Positions 33,070 to 43,667 of a stretch of DNA of 64,000 bases are shown here, piece by piece. Location of the stretch: the IMG/VR virus record IMGVR_UViG_3300012007_000001, positions 1-64,000 of that record; one strand, given 5' to 3'. The first letter of the stretch is position 1. Every line of letters starts with the position of its first letter. The stretch is from a virus. Its lineage: Duplodnaviria; Caudoviricetes. The translations under genes were made by a program, and so were the position numbers. The notes under the pieces are model-generated. The model had not been told where the DNA came from. It saw only the letters and a list, made by a program, of their open reading frames with translations, and ran no database searches.

Positions 33070-33593
33070 GCTTCGCGCTTCCGTGTCAGCTGCTTCTCCT
33101 TGCGCTGCTGATAGACCCTGTTCATACTACTTATTCTTTTTACGTTTCTTTTTCTTCTTAGGCGGGGTGTAGTTCGACCCCTTGCCCCATTTAGTGCCGC
33201 CACAAACAGCAGGCACAAACTTACGCAGTTTTTCAGCCCTGTCCTTTATCTTCATGCAGGTCTCATAGACTTGCGGGTGTTCCACCTTGCAGCATTCGCA
33301 TCCCATAGCTATAACAGTTGCTTGATTGTACCGTATGCAGCACGTATCTCTTCCGCATGTTCCTTTGCGAACCTGTCAAAAGCACCGTCGCCGCCAAAAA
33401 TCTTATCCAGTTGTGGCATGATGTCACCAGCAGGATTCAGCCAAGAGTCTGCCTTGCATTCTTCGGGTGAATAGATGGCTATCATACTTGCATTGTGGCC
33501 GAAATGCAGACACATTGCGAAATAAGCCGCCAGCTTGTTTTCCGCTTCGATTGAGTATTTGCTACTCATTGCACCATATTCAATAACCATAGC

Positions 33594-34136
33594 CTATGCC
33601 TTTAAGAAATCTTCCACGTCCAAATAGTCAATGCCGTAGTTCTCGGCACATTTCTTGTCAGAGTCATTAAACTGGCCATCCTTGCCACTGGCATCGCCAA
33701 TCATCAGCATATTAGCCTTGTCTTTCAGCCAGTTTGCACCGTATTTCAGTTTCCCGTCTATCAAATCCTCCAACATGCCAGTATTAGGCTTGCGCATGTG
33801 GTTGTTCTCATCCATAGACGCGCAATAGATAAACGACACTTCCACATCGCCATCATCGCTAACACACGCATCCTTGCTGTTCAAATAGGCTTGAATGAAT
33901 GAAGCGATACCCCACAGCTTTGTTTCAAAATCCTTCTTGGATATGTGCTGCGGTATTCCACCCTGATTAGTCACGATATGCAAGAATTTCAGTTTATCCA
34001 TGCACTTAATCTTATCCAGCACATCCTTTCTTATGCGAAAGTCCGTGCAATCTTCGGCAAATGTATTGCCGCTGGCCGTCTGAATCAGTGTACCATCCAA
34101 ATCGGCAAAAAGAATCATCTTTTCGTTAATGTTCAT
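33594..34136 (-). CDS. HAD-family polynucleotide 3'-phosphatase-like protein
   Basis: DLDGTLI, VTNQGG, RKPNTGM, MIGDASG..DSD. Confidence 0.85.
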   Translation of the reverse strand: MNINEKMILFADLDGTLIQTASGNTFAEDCTDFRIRKDVLDKIKCMDKLKFLHIVTNQGGIPQHISKKDFETKLWGIASFIQAYLNSKDACVSDDGDVEVSFIYCASMDENNHMRKPNTGMLEDLIDGKLKYGANWLKDKANMLMIGDASGKDGQFNDSDKKCAENYGIDYLDVEDFLKA

Positions 34137-34764
34137 ATTCCTGTTTTTTAATAACCGTAATAATGCCCTAATTCAACCTCTCTTCGACTTAGGCGATAGC
34201 GTTTGCCAACATTGAACTTGTAATAATCGTTTGCAGAACATTCAACAGGTCGCAAATCACCAGTTTCAGAATCCTTCATAACGACATAGTACACCGTTTC
34301 CACAACTTGTTTCTCGGTGAAGAAATTGTAGTGGGAGCCAACATCCTTAGACTTTTCCACCACTTCATAGACGCGCTGCTCCCTTTGGCCGTCACAATCA
34401 GAATTTGACATGCAGACCAGCGCAATAAATACAATGATAAATAAACGTTTCATATCCTATTACTTATTTAGTTCCTTCCATTGCAGTACGGCTTCATACA
34501 CCGTCTTTGCAGGTTCTATCCCTGCATCATGCAGGGCATCGTTCACTCCTTCCATGATTGCGTCCACATCCAAGTATTCATCGTATGGGTCAAAGAACTC
34601 GGCAACGGCATCGTTACAACAAAGGTGCATCCGCTGCTCATCCAAATCGCCGTCTGTGACAAAGACGTTATGCTGATATTTCTCGCCCTTCTTGATGACA
34701 GCACCGCAAAACAGACATCTGTGCTCCTTGCGGGCTACTGGCTTTTCCTGACGTAATACCTCGG

Positions 34765-35568
34765 TCATTCTGTTTGTCTGTTTTTAGTCTGCAATATCTT
34801 TACCATTGTAACATAATGCTCATCTTTCCGATGAAGCATATATCCCATCCTCACATACCAGTCGCAAAGCCAGTCAAAGTTACTACAGCTTTTATCTACG
34901 TCAAGCTGCATGAAAGACCTATTGTTTGTAATGGCTACCTTTTCGCATTTCTCCATCAGCATCTTTCCGATATTCTTCCTTCTTTGGCTTTCATCCACGA
35001 TAAGCCCCTTAACAAATGCCGTTGAAGGGCAGTCGTTTTCAAGCTGTAATTCCACCGACGCAATCCCGTTACATTCTATCAGTGTTATAGTCCTGCCCCA
35101 CCACCAATCAACCGATATTCTTGTCAAATTGTCATACTTCATAATTCTTCGCTTATGATTCTTTTCCTCGATTTCCCTTGATAACGCTGGCATGTCAGGA
35201 TTCAACTCTTCACCAGTCAAGTCACGGTAGATGTGCTGCAACTGATGAAGAAATTCAACCTTCCACGGTATCGGCCTGTAAGAAGGTGAGCCGAATCCTG
35301 TCACGCCGACCTGTTTCTCCAGCGGGTTGTAAGAAATCAGGTTGTCACCATTGAACTTGAACAGGCCAGCTTTGAATCCGCACAGTTCCAGCACCCTTTC
35401 AGAAAGTGGTACAGGCATCAACTCTTCGTGATTCACCTCTTCAATATTGTTGTCACGGTCAGCACACTTGCAATATGTCTGCACGGTTATGATTTTCAGC
35501 ACACCAAGACCATGCAGGTGGCAGAACCAGTCATTAACCCTTATATCCTGTAGATTCAGCAGTTCCAT
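34765..35568 (-). CDS. Fusion: phage paralog domain + C-terminal GNAT acetyltransferase
   Basis: [17 protein letters not shown] (acetyl-CoA motif A) and WYVRMGY. Confidence 0.7.
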   Translation of the reverse strand: MELLNLQDIRVNDWFCHLHGLGVLKIITVQTYCKCADRDNNIEEVNHEELMPVPLSERVLELCGFKAGLFKFNGDNLISYNPLEKQVGVTGFGSPSYRPIPWKVEFLHQLQHIYRDLTGEELNPDMPALSREIEEKNHKRRIMKYDNLTRISVDWWWGRTITLIECNGIASVELQLENDCPSTAFVKGLIVDESQRRKNIGKMLMEKCEKVAITNNRSFMQLDVDKSCSNFDWLCDWYVRMGYMLHRKDEHYVTMVKILQTKNRQTE

Positions 35569-35572
35569 AGCG

Positions 35573-36535
35573 TTACGAATTTGCGATTATACCCCGTGTG
35601 AATCGGTCATAGTACTCATCGACATTCATGCCGAAATAGAACCTGACACCGTGAACATTACTCATTGTATCAAGCAGGTCATCCAGTTCGCCCAAAGACT
35701 TCTTTCCGAAATTACGCTGCTTCAAGAGGTCTATCTTATTACACTTCACCAAATCACCGAAGGTCTCCAAGTCAGCGGCCTTTAGGCAGTTCAGCGACCT
35801 TACAGTAAGATTCATGTCAACAAGCCTTGTATTCAGAATCCCCAATATCTCCTTGTCCTGTTCCGACAACTCATCCATAGCCTTTTCTTCTGCGGTCTTG
35901 TGCTTGTCATGCTCGACCTTGATATTCAGTTTCTCACGCAATTCTGCCAGTTCTGCCTCCTGTTTCTTCAACAGACTGCGCATCATCAGGTTTTCGGCCT
36001 CTGTCTCATTGCACCTGTTCAGCACGTCGCCATAGGGCTCAAGGCTTCCCAGCTTCCGCATACCCTTCTCGATAATCTGCCTTGTGCGCTCACGGGTAAT
36101 GCCGTACTCGTCACCGATGGCTTCAAATTCCGAACCGTCCAAGTATTCTTTCAGAACACTTCGCTCACGCTCAGACATTATCTCGTTATCTACGCAGTCT
36201 ATCATCGTATGAATCATGCGAATCAGTCTTGACGGCCTTTCCATGCCGTTGACCATAGCGACATCAAGCATCCATTGGTCATTGGCCTGTCTCAGCTTGT
36301 GAACCATTTCGTAATTCTTCTGCTGCAAATCCTTGATGACCTTTTCCGATTCGGCCAAGTCTTGCAGGGAGTCAAACAGCTTAGTGATGGTGTCTCTGTC
36401 AACCATCAGCCACTTGCCGACCTGCTTTGCACGGAGTACACCCTTGCCGCACCAGTTCGTTATTGTCTGCGGGTCAACGCGGAGGATTTCCGCTGCCTCC
36501 TGCCTTGAAATCATTCTGCTTTCACTGCCCTTCAT
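35573..36535 (-). CDS. HTH - sigma70 region 4 - RNA polymerase alpha-CTD fusion protein
   Basis: ISRQEAAEILRVDPQTITNW; FEAIGDEYGITRERTRQIIEKGMRKL; LTVRSLNCLKAA...LLKQRNFGKKSLGEL. Confidence 0.85.
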   Translation of the reverse strand: MKGSESRMISRQEAAEILRVDPQTITNWCGKGVLRAKQVGKWLMVDRDTITKLFDSLQDLAESEKVIKDLQQKNYEMVHKLRQANDQWMLDVAMVNGMERPSRLIRMIHTMIDCVDNEIMSERERSVLKEYLDGSEFEAIGDEYGITRERTRQIIEKGMRKLGSLEPYGDVLNRCNETEAENLMMRSLLKKQEAELAELREKLNIKVEHDKHKTAEEKAMDELSEQDKEILGILNTRLVDMNLTVRSLNCLKAADLETFGDLVKCNKIDLLKQRNFGKKSLGELDDLLDTMSNVHGVRFYFGMNVDEYYDRFTRGIIANS

Positions 36536-36955
36536 ACCTTTATATTCATGTTTCGTTTAATCGTCTTTACTGCGGTTTCACGCTTTCCGTTCACCCACGT
36601 CTCTAACTTTGTGTCGTAGAACACCCCAAATTCGAGGTTATCATGTCGGCGCATATAGATGTCGCTGCCGCAACCGTCGAAGTCTGCCATGAACACCACG
36701 GCGAACCCTTCACCGTGAATGCCCCACAATCCTTTATATATGCCGTCGGGTATTGGCACACGCTCTGAATGTGTGTGCCGATAGTTCAACGCTTTCAAAA
36801 TGGCGTTCAGCCCTTCATTCGTCTGCATGTCATCCTCATGCCTGTGCTCGATGATGACCTTTGCGATGACCGTAAAACGCCCGTTCCAAAGCATCTTCTC
36901 GACGATTACCTCGTCTTTGGTGCTGTAGCTGATGCCGAATACCTTTGCCATAGTC

Positions 36956-37606
36956 TTATTCGTTGTCGCCCCACAATTTCTTTGCAAGGTCGAGATTCTT
37001 CTGTGCCTCGTTGACCGCTTTCTTCGCGTATGTCAGCGAATAGGCGTGTTCACGCGGGTATTTGCCGCTCTTCAAGCCCTGATGATACTCGGTAGCCTCT
37101 TCCAGCTTCTTAGCATAGTAGTCGATGCTTTCGGGCATTGACAGGTTGATGTCGTCGGTATGCTGCGCCCATCCTTCGGCCTTGTCACGGTAGGCTTCGG
37201 CCTTATCCATTTCTGCCGCCATCTTTCCAGTATTGCGCCAAGCGTCATCAATCATCTTGCGGTGTCTGCGCTCACTGTGATGCCCAACCTTGATAGGCTC
37301 ACCCAGCGAAAGAAAGTCTGCATCCTTATTCGACTTGTCAAAATACTCTTCTGCCCGCTTGTCTGCGTTTGCAGCTGCCTGTTCATAGCGTTCAGCCTTG
37401 CGCCTTGCCCGCTCCTGCATGTTGTAGCCGTCGGCACGGGTGATGGAGTAGTAATAGAACCCGTCACGCACAAAGATAAGGTTGTGAACGATGCTTTCAT
37501 TCTCCTTTCCGTACTTCGTCGTTACTGCGATAACCTCACCCTTTTCGTGCTTTGCATCGCACTTTGCCAAAAATACGTTTGGTGCAAACTTGTGATATGT
37601 ATTCAT
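36956..37606 (-). CDS. DUF3560-like protein
   Basis: LGEPIKVGHHSERRHRK motif; preceded by a leader copy at 37642-37655. Confidence 0.75.
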   Translation of the reverse strand: MNTYHKFAPNVFLAKCDAKHEKGEVIAVTTKYGKENESIVHNLIFVRDGFYYYSITRADGYNMQERARRKAERYEQAAANADKRAEEYFDKSNKDADFLSLGEPIKVGHHSERRHRKMIDDAWRNTGKMAAEMDKAEAYRDKAEGWAQHTDDINLSMPESIDYYAKKLEEATEYHQGLKSGKYPREHAYSLTYAKKAVNEAQKNLDLAKKLWGDNE

Positions 37607-37839
37607 ATTCTTTCTTGCCAGTGTTTTGTCTGTCGGCGGCAGTTCTAAACGGTTTGTTTGTTGTCTGATTCGTATGCGTATTCAAGTTCAGCGGCCATTT
37701 TGCCACTTGTAACGTCATCTGCATTGTATGCCCAAGCAAGATGCTCTGCCAAGTCATTCAGGCGGGAGAAATCACGCATGGCGTAAGCCACGACCTTGAA
37801 ATCCATCTTTGCCAGTTCTTTTAAAACTTTCTGCTTCAT

Positions 37840-37975
37840 TTCTTCTGTGCCAGTTTGAACAGTTGGCTCGTCTGCTTCTAAATGGTTTTGTTTCTATTTG
37901 TTGGTGCAAAGTTAAGCATTTAATTTTATATTACCAAATATTTTGCAAAGAAAATAAAGCAAATAACTTTATTTA
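37840..37975 (-). promoter_or_regulatory. Early-type cassette (operator in orientation B)
   Basis: Operator 37952-37974; TAACTTTG 37907-37914; leader core 37876-37889. Confidence 0.8.
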
Positions 37976-38005
37976 ACGTTTTGAGCGCATTTCTACCTAT
38001 TTAAT

Positions 38006-38058
38006 AAAAAGGTGCAAGAATAGAAATCAATACTGACACTATGATTCTACCTTGCACC
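38006..38058 (-). terminator. Terminator at the end of the packaging/portal operon
   Basis: GGTGCAAG...CTTGCACC followed by TTTTT. Confidence 0.6.
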
Positions 38059-38091
38059 CACCGCATTATGAACAACAAGAAATCATATCTT

Positions 38092-38508
38092 TCAGGTTTG
38101 CGGAAGTTCGGTGTCATACACAACCTTGCCCGCATAGTTGCTATCTTCTTCTTCGCCGCTGAGATGCGCTTTCAGCCAGTCGCAGCAGCATCCAGCCCAC
38201 CCGATAAGGTAGCAGAACGATTCGGAAGAGTCGCCACAAATGGGCTGGTCAATGTACTCAAAGACATCTATGCCCAAATGACCGCATTCATGCACGATGT
38301 TGATGGTCTTGATGGCCTTCACGTCGCGGAAGCGGAACAAAACGACATTATCCTGCGCATTCTTCGTGACACGGCAGGCCGTCATAGCAGGGCAGTTGGA
38401 CTCCAGCGGTTCGCAGTCAAGTTCAAAGAAGCCACGAATGGCATCCGTACCGACACAGGCCATGAGTCGGAACGGATAGAAGTGCTGTTCAAATTCGTAA
38501 ATCTTCAT
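38092..38508 (-). CDS. Hypothetical protein with an HExxH (zincin-like) motif
   Basis: IVHECGHL...ESFCYL. Confidence 0.55.
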   Translation of the reverse strand: MKIYEFEQHFYPFRLMACVGTDAIRGFFELDCEPLESNCPAMTACRVTKNAQDNVVLFRFRDVKAIKTINIVHECGHLGIDVFEYIDQPICGDSSESFCYLIGWAGCCCDWLKAHLSGEEEDSNYAGKVVYDTELPQT

Positions 38509-39926
38509 TATTCTGTAGGTTCGTTAGGTTGCTGGACTGGCTTCTGTAAAGCGGCCTTGCGCTCGGAATCGGCCAGTATCTTCTCTATTTCTTGCTGGGG
38601 CGCATCGGTGATGGCCAGCATCGTAACGGCTGTTTCCAGTGATACAAGCCCACGGTCATACAGTTCGCCGATAGACTTCCATAAACGCTCCTTATCCTCT
38701 GCAAACGGCTCTGCATATTCACCCTTAATCTTCAAAGCGTCGATTTCCGTCGCCATTTCGGGATGCAGCAGCTTCAGCAGCGCAAGTTTCAGATTCTTGT
38801 CACGGTCGAGCAGCGGGTCGTATGTTTCCTTCAAGTTGTCGCGCTTCATGTAGCCAAGTATCAACGCCCTGCGCAAAGCCTCTCCGCTTAGTGTTCCAAG
38901 CCCCTTCATCTTCTCATACGAGAAATCAGGCGTGAAGGTGTCATTCAGGATGGAATCATGCAGGTTGTCATGCTCATCCCTGCGCGAATCGCTGTCTGAC
39001 GGCGGGTTGACATAGCCGAAGCGTGATTTCTCTCCAGTCAGCTGAATCATCCTTCCGACGGTCTCGCCATTCTTGAGGTACTGCAAAACGTCTGCGGTTG
39101 CCTCTGCCAGCGGGTCGGCGAAATAGTTGTTGTTGTCAGCGTGCTTGGAATCGTTCATCTCCTCACGGCTGATTCTTCGCTCCGCGCCATCCCATGATTT
39201 ATTCTGATAGAAGTAAATCACTGGAATCTTGCCGAGGATGTTGTCATACACCGTGACCTGCCAGCCTACGGCAGAACGCTGGCACTGGAAATAGTAGTCG
39301 GCAGTCCAAATGTCATAGTGCTGCACATGGTTTCCGTTTTCCTTCAAGGTATATCCAAGCGCAAAGGCCACCATGTTCTCATACTGGTCAATCAGCGGAT
39401 GCAGCCTGTAGCCCTTGGAATACGCGGCCACGAAGTTATGGTATTTCAGCACACCGTTCTCTTGGTACAGCTGATAGACAAGTGCCGATTCCAGTTCCGA
39501 GCCTGCCAGTCGCTTGCACTGCCTCCACTTGGCATGAAAGCGCGTGTCATCCAGCATGTCCTTATACAGCTGGAATGCCCTGTCAGAGCCCTCCTTCTTC
39601 TGCCACTTCGGGGGATTGGCCAACAGGAAGAAGAGTTCCACCTCGTTGATGTACCTCTGACGGGTTCGCGGCAGCTTCTCCGTCTGATACGGCTCTTGCC
39701 CTTCTCTCCACTTGTTAGGGCGGTTCATTACATCGTGCGTCTGCCAGTTGTATTCACGAATGGCATTCGTCACAGCTAATTCGTGGTCTTGCATCAGGTT
39801 GATAGCGCGAGCCACATCATTCTCAAGAATGTAGGCGTACAGTTCACGCAATACGCCTGCACTGTTAAGTGTGACACCCCTAAACTGCGTCATCACCTGT
39901 AACTGATAATCGTCCAATAATGGCAT
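38508..39926 (-). CDS. Portal protein (SPP1 gp6-like); start revised to MPLLDD
   Basis: About 470 aa after TerL; N.LGKIPVIYF, TPDFS..GTLSGEALR, VSLETAV. Confidence 0.88.
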   Translation of the reverse strand: MPLLDDYQLQVMTQFRGVTLNSAGVLRELYAYILENDVARAINLMQDHELAVTNAIREYNWQTHDVMNRPNKWREGQEPYQTEKLPRTRQRYINEVELFFLLANPPKWQKKEGSDRAFQLYKDMLDDTRFHAKWRQCKRLAGSELESALVYQLYQENGVLKYHNFVAAYSKGYRLHPLIDQYENMVAFALGYTLKENGNHVQHYDIWTADYYFQCQRSAVGWQVTVYDNILGKIPVIYFYQNKSWDGAERRISREEMNDSKHADNNNYFADPLAEATADVLQYLKNGETVGRMIQLTGEKSRFGYVNPPSDSDSRRDEHDNLHDSILNDTFTPDFSYEKMKGLGTLSGEALRRALILGYMKRDNLKETYDPLLDRDKNLKLALLKLLHPEMATEIDALKIKGEYAEPFAEDKERLWKSIGELYDRGLVSLETAVTMLAITDAPQQEIEKILADSERKAALQKPVQQPNEPTE

Positions 39927-39939
39927 AGTTCTTTCCGTT

Positions 39940-41295
39940 TTATTTGATTGCAATCTTACTATTCTTCTTTGTCACCTTTAGATTCTTCACTATCTTACCC
40001 AGCAGCTTGCCGAGCGTGTAGTAGCGGGCAGCGTCGATGGCATGGTTCCACTTGTCAACTGGCACGTTGATATAGTTGCCATCCTTATCCTTATCCCAAA
40101 CGTAGTTGCGCAATTCCTCATGCAGGTCAACAGAATCTTCCGTAACGAAGATGTCATCATAACTCTGCATCTTGTCAATGCCAGCCACGATTGAGCCATT
40201 CGGCTTCTGAACGGGGTATATCATTATTCCACCAAGAGCGATTTCGTCGATGAGTCGCGGGTCTGCACTATCGGCGAACACCATCAATCCGCTATACGGC
40301 TTCAGGAACTCTATGATGTCCTTTGACAGCATTCCAGTCCTGTAGCACAGCAGTTTTATATAAAGCCTGTTATCCCATATTCCGCACATCACGATGGCCG
40401 TTGGGTCATGCGTATATCCGAAGTCGATACCCAATGCAACGTGCTTGCACTGCGTCGGGAACTCCTTCACGATGCCCCATTTCTTGAACACAGCACCTTC
40501 CGCAACATCAGCCCACTGCCCCATGACGATGTGCGCATATCTTTCGGGGTCTGTTCGCTTCATGGTTTCCACGTTCTCGATGAACTGCGGGGAAAGGTTC
40601 TCTATGTTGTCGAGGTATGTCGTATGGATATGAAGCACGTCGGGATGCGTCGAAATCTGAACTGGTACACCGTCGAAGTATTCAATCCTGTGCGTGTCCT
40701 TTATATATTTCTGATAGATGAAGTGTCCGCTGTCCGTCGGGTTCATCACGATGATGATGAGGTTCTGAATGCCCAATGTACGGATGGAAAGCATGATTTT
40801 CTCAAAGTCATCAAACGAAGTCCACTCTTCCGCTTCATCACAGACGAACACCGTCAGGCCGTGGATTGATTTCAGCTTTGCCGTCTGATTGCCCGATGAG
40901 GTCTTGATGCCTCGGAACATGATATGTGAGCCTGTCTGACGGTTGATGACATCCTTCTTTGTGGCACGGAAATACTTCTGCGTACCCTCCATCTCTATCT
41001 TCTCCAAAAATTCGGGGATGACAGAAATATCGGCTGACACCATCGTATAGCGGGCGCAAAGAATCTGATGTGCAAGCAATTTGGCTTCATCACGCGGACT
41101 CGGCACGGCTTCAAAGGTCAGGCGTTCCAAGAAGGTTTCGACATTGAAAGACTTACCGCTTCCACGACCTCCAGTGACAAGCACAATCATCTTTCTGCCG
41201 TTGTTCAGATAGAGAGGATGGTAAACAGGCTGCACCTTGATACCCTTGCGCACCTGCTTCCGTAATACCTTCCGTCTATCTGCTACCCTTGTCAT
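39940..41295 (-). CDS. terL: Terminase large subunit (PBSX-type)
   Basis: GGRGSGKS Walker A, VCDEAEE Walker B, GIDFGY..DPT, ADSADP, NHAIDAARY. Confidence 0.95.
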   Translation of the reverse strand: MTRVADRRKVLRKQVRKGIKVQPVYHPLYLNNGRKMIVLVTGGRGSGKSFNVETFLERLTFEAVPSPRDEAKLLAHQILCARYTMVSADISVIPEFLEKIEMEGTQKYFRATKKDVINRQTGSHIMFRGIKTSSGNQTAKLKSIHGLTVFVCDEAEEWTSFDDFEKIMLSIRTLGIQNLIIIVMNPTDSGHFIYQKYIKDTHRIEYFDGVPVQISTHPDVLHIHTTYLDNIENLSPQFIENVETMKRTDPERYAHIVMGQWADVAEGAVFKKWGIVKEFPTQCKHVALGIDFGYTHDPTAIVMCGIWDNRLYIKLLCYRTGMLSKDIIEFLKPYSGLMVFADSADPRLIDEIALGGIMIYPVQKPNGSIVAGIDKMQSYDDIFVTEDSVDLHEELRNYVWDKDKDGNYINVPVDKWNHAIDAARYYTLGKLLGKIVKNLKVTKKNSKIAIK

Positions 41296-42017
41296 TCTTC
41301 TTTCTGTACGTCTGATTCTACATTGTTCCAGTCATCCGTCATTTCCGCATCTATCCAGTGAGATACTGGTATGCCCTGCTTGACGTTCTGCGGCAATTCT
41401 TCTTCATCCTCGATTCCGCGCTGGATTTTCCTCCAGTTCGGGTCATGGTGAAACAGAAACGTCGATAGTGCCTGAATGTTCGGTGCAAGTTCCGATTCCG
41501 TCTCTTGAACTACGGCCTTATCCGTCAGTACCGTTATGCCAGTACCGCCGCACATTGGGCATTCCTTATCGTTTCCGTTACAGATGCAACGCGCCTGCAC
41601 ATACCTTGTTGTAACCGACTTAATCTTCCTTCCACCAATGGCCGCACGGTAGTATGCAGCCCTTGCAACACCGATGGCCTTTTCCCGCGCACGGGCTAAG
41701 ACGTGTGCGATGTGAGCGGAGCGCACGGCATTTTCTGATGCTGTCCACCTGTTGTAGCTTCCGTTTTTCATGTGGCTGAACACCTCGCGTGAAATGTCGA
41801 GTTGTGCCGCAATCTCTGTGTCAGTCATCCCCTGTCCTGCAAGCTGGTCAATCTTCTTGAAAAAGATTCCTTCGGGGTCGTCGTAGTCGTATTTGGCTTT
41901 GGAGTCGGGAACCTTGACGAGCGGCGCAGATGTCTTGCGTCGCTTCGTAGCTGCCTTTTTCACCGTTTTCTTCTTCGGCTTGGCTGCTGCTTCTGTCTTT
42001 TTCTTCCTTTCTGCCAT
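41292..42017 (-). CDS. terS: Terminase small subunit with a Cys4 insertion
   Basis: HTH (GMTDTEIAAQLDIS), ELAPNIQALSTFL..HDPNW, immediately upstream of TerL. Confidence 0.75.
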   Translation of the reverse strand: MAERKKKTEAAAKPKKKTVKKAATKRRKTSAPLVKVPDSKAKYDYDDPEGIFFKKIDQLAGQGMTDTEIAAQLDISREVFSHMKNGSYNRWTASENAVRSAHIAHVLARAREKAIGVARAAYYRAAIGGRKIKSVTTRYVQARCICNGNDKECPMCGGTGITVLTDKAVVQETESELAPNIQALSTFLFHHDPNWRKIQRGIEDEEELPQNVKQGIPVSHWIDAEMTDDWNNVESDVQKEE

Positions 42018-42023
42018 GATGCT

Positions 42024-42866
42024 TTACTCCAGTATGTCGATTTTATCCATAAGTTCGCGCCCGTCCACGAATTTGCTGTTTGGGTCGAATCCCAGCTGAA
42101 TGAGTGCGCCCTGTGTCTCTTGCGGGTTTGGGAACGATACGATGAAATACGACAACATGCCGCCGTCGTTGTTGGTGTCGGATTTCTTGTTTATGCGGTC
42201 TTTGACCTTCTGAATCTCGTTGTGGCGGGCTATCTGATTTTCGGGCGTGTCATTGTAGAAGTCAACGCTCCTGTCAATCTTCGTGTTTTCCTCACTGCCG
42301 TGTGTGTTGGCATCCACCTGTGCAAGATGCTCGTTGTCCTGTGTCAGATTGCCTTTGCGCCAGTCGTTAGCGGGGTCTGTCTCTTCGGGTATGTCGGTGA
42401 TGTTCCTGAACTCGTCATCGTCAATGGGCGTTATGCCAAGCATCTCCAAATCGAAGTCATTGAAGCCTGCCGCCGTATGGTCTATCTTCCTTAGTACGTT
42501 TCTTAACAGGTCATCGTCGAAGTCGCCCTGCACAGCCTTGTTGTTAAGGAACATGTTCTGCTCCATCTCCTCCTTTTCGGGCAGATGGACTACCTCCACG
42601 CGGATTTCATAGTCATTCTCCTTGGTGTCGGGATTGTAGCGGTTCACCTCGTCGATTATCTGCACCTTCTGATGACCGCCGACAAGGTTTCCTGTATCTT
42701 CGTTCCAAATGATGCCGCCCATAAGCCCCAGCCGTTTAAGGTTGGCTTTCAGAGCCTTTCTTGCATCTTCGGTAATCTTGCGGGGATTATACTCGGCCAG
42801 CTTTATCTGACTGCGAAGGATTACCCTGCTTTCCGCTTGTTGAATCTTGCTTTTCTTCACTGCCAT
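42024..42866 (-). CDS. ParB/Srx-like N-terminal domain protein
   Basis: LAEYNPRKI..LKANLKRLG..IIWNEDTGNLVGGHQ. Confidence 0.85.
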   Translation of the reverse strand: MAVKKSKIQQAESRVILRSQIKLAEYNPRKITEDARKALKANLKRLGLMGGIIWNEDTGNLVGGHQKVQIIDEVNRYNPDTKENDYEIRVEVVHLPEKEEMEQNMFLNNKAVQGDFDDDLLRNVLRKIDHTAAGFNDFDLEMLGITPIDDDEFRNITDIPEETDPANDWRKGNLTQDNEHLAQVDANTHGSEENTKIDRSVDFYNDTPENQIARHNEIQKVKDRINKKSDTNNDGGMLSYFIVSFPNPQETQGALIQLGFDPNSKFVDGRELMDKIDILE

Positions 42867-42870
42867 AACC

Positions 42871-43647
42871 TTACTCCTCCTCCAGTTCTATGTCATCCGA
42901 CTGCAAGTTTTCAGGCATTTCCGTCTTTGTGGCGATACCGTGCTCGTAGTCGAAAATAAGTTTTTCGCAATAGGGGAACTCCTGCAAGCACCGCTGATAG
43001 TCACGCGGGTAGTTCTTTCTGAGAAACAGCAGATGGTCGAGGTCTATAGCCAACCCCTGCGACACATTGCCCTTCACGTATTCCAGCGGCCTAATCAGAG
43101 ACTTCGCCTTGATGTACTGCAACACCTCGCCGTTAGTCCACACGGCCAGCGGGTAAACCATGCCCTTCTTGGTCATGTATGTACCGTTCTGCTTCTTGAA
43201 CATCAGCAGGCGCATACGCTTCATGTAGCCGTCCACGCCCTTCATGCCGCTAAAGGCATAGGGTACGCCCGTTTCCTGCCTTACCTGTTCCTCTATCTGT
43301 CCGATGGTACGCATACGCAGGTGGTTCGGGTCTTTCTTCGGCAGCAGATAGCGGGGGTCGGGGTCACAGAAGAATCCTCCTGCCTTGAATGCGTCATGCT
43401 GAAAGTGCAGGATTTTCCGTACCTCCACATTCCTGTAATGCTTCTCAGCCCAATCAATGTAAGGCTGAACATGGTCGCAGTTGTTCACAAGGTACATGTA
43501 ATAGCAGATGACCTTCGGGAATGTCGTTGCCAGCATCTCCAGCAGGGCGATGCCGTCCTTGCCGCCAGCCGAATAGAACAGTACGGCGGTGTCTGTCTTT
43601 TCGCGGATGCCCTTGATGATGGCAATTGTCTCTGAATACTTGCTCAT
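42871..43647 (-). CDS. PP-loop / PAPS-reductase-family protein
   Basis: LFYSAGGKDG PP-loop; GMKGVDG..RMR; YPLAVWT..EV..YI. Confidence 0.8.
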   Translation of the reverse strand: MSKYSETIAIIKGIREKTDTAVLFYSAGGKDGIALLEMLATTFPKVICYYMYLVNNCDHVQPYIDWAEKHYRNVEVRKILHFQHDAFKAGGFFCDPDPRYLLPKKDPNHLRMRTIGQIEEQVRQETGVPYAFSGMKGVDGYMKRMRLLMFKKQNGTYMTKKGMVYPLAVWTNGEVLQYIKAKSLIRPLEYVKGNVSQGLAIDLDHLLFLRKNYPRDYQRCLQEFPYCEKLIFDYEHGIATKTEMPENLQSDDIELEEE

Positions 43648-43667
43648 AGTTCCGTTTATGTAATTTT

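Larger units (their letters stand above)
29493..37839 (-). other. Accessory array B between the portal and scaffold regions
   Basis: About 17 contiguous minus-strand ORFs headed by an early-type cassette at 37840-37975. Confidence 0.8.
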
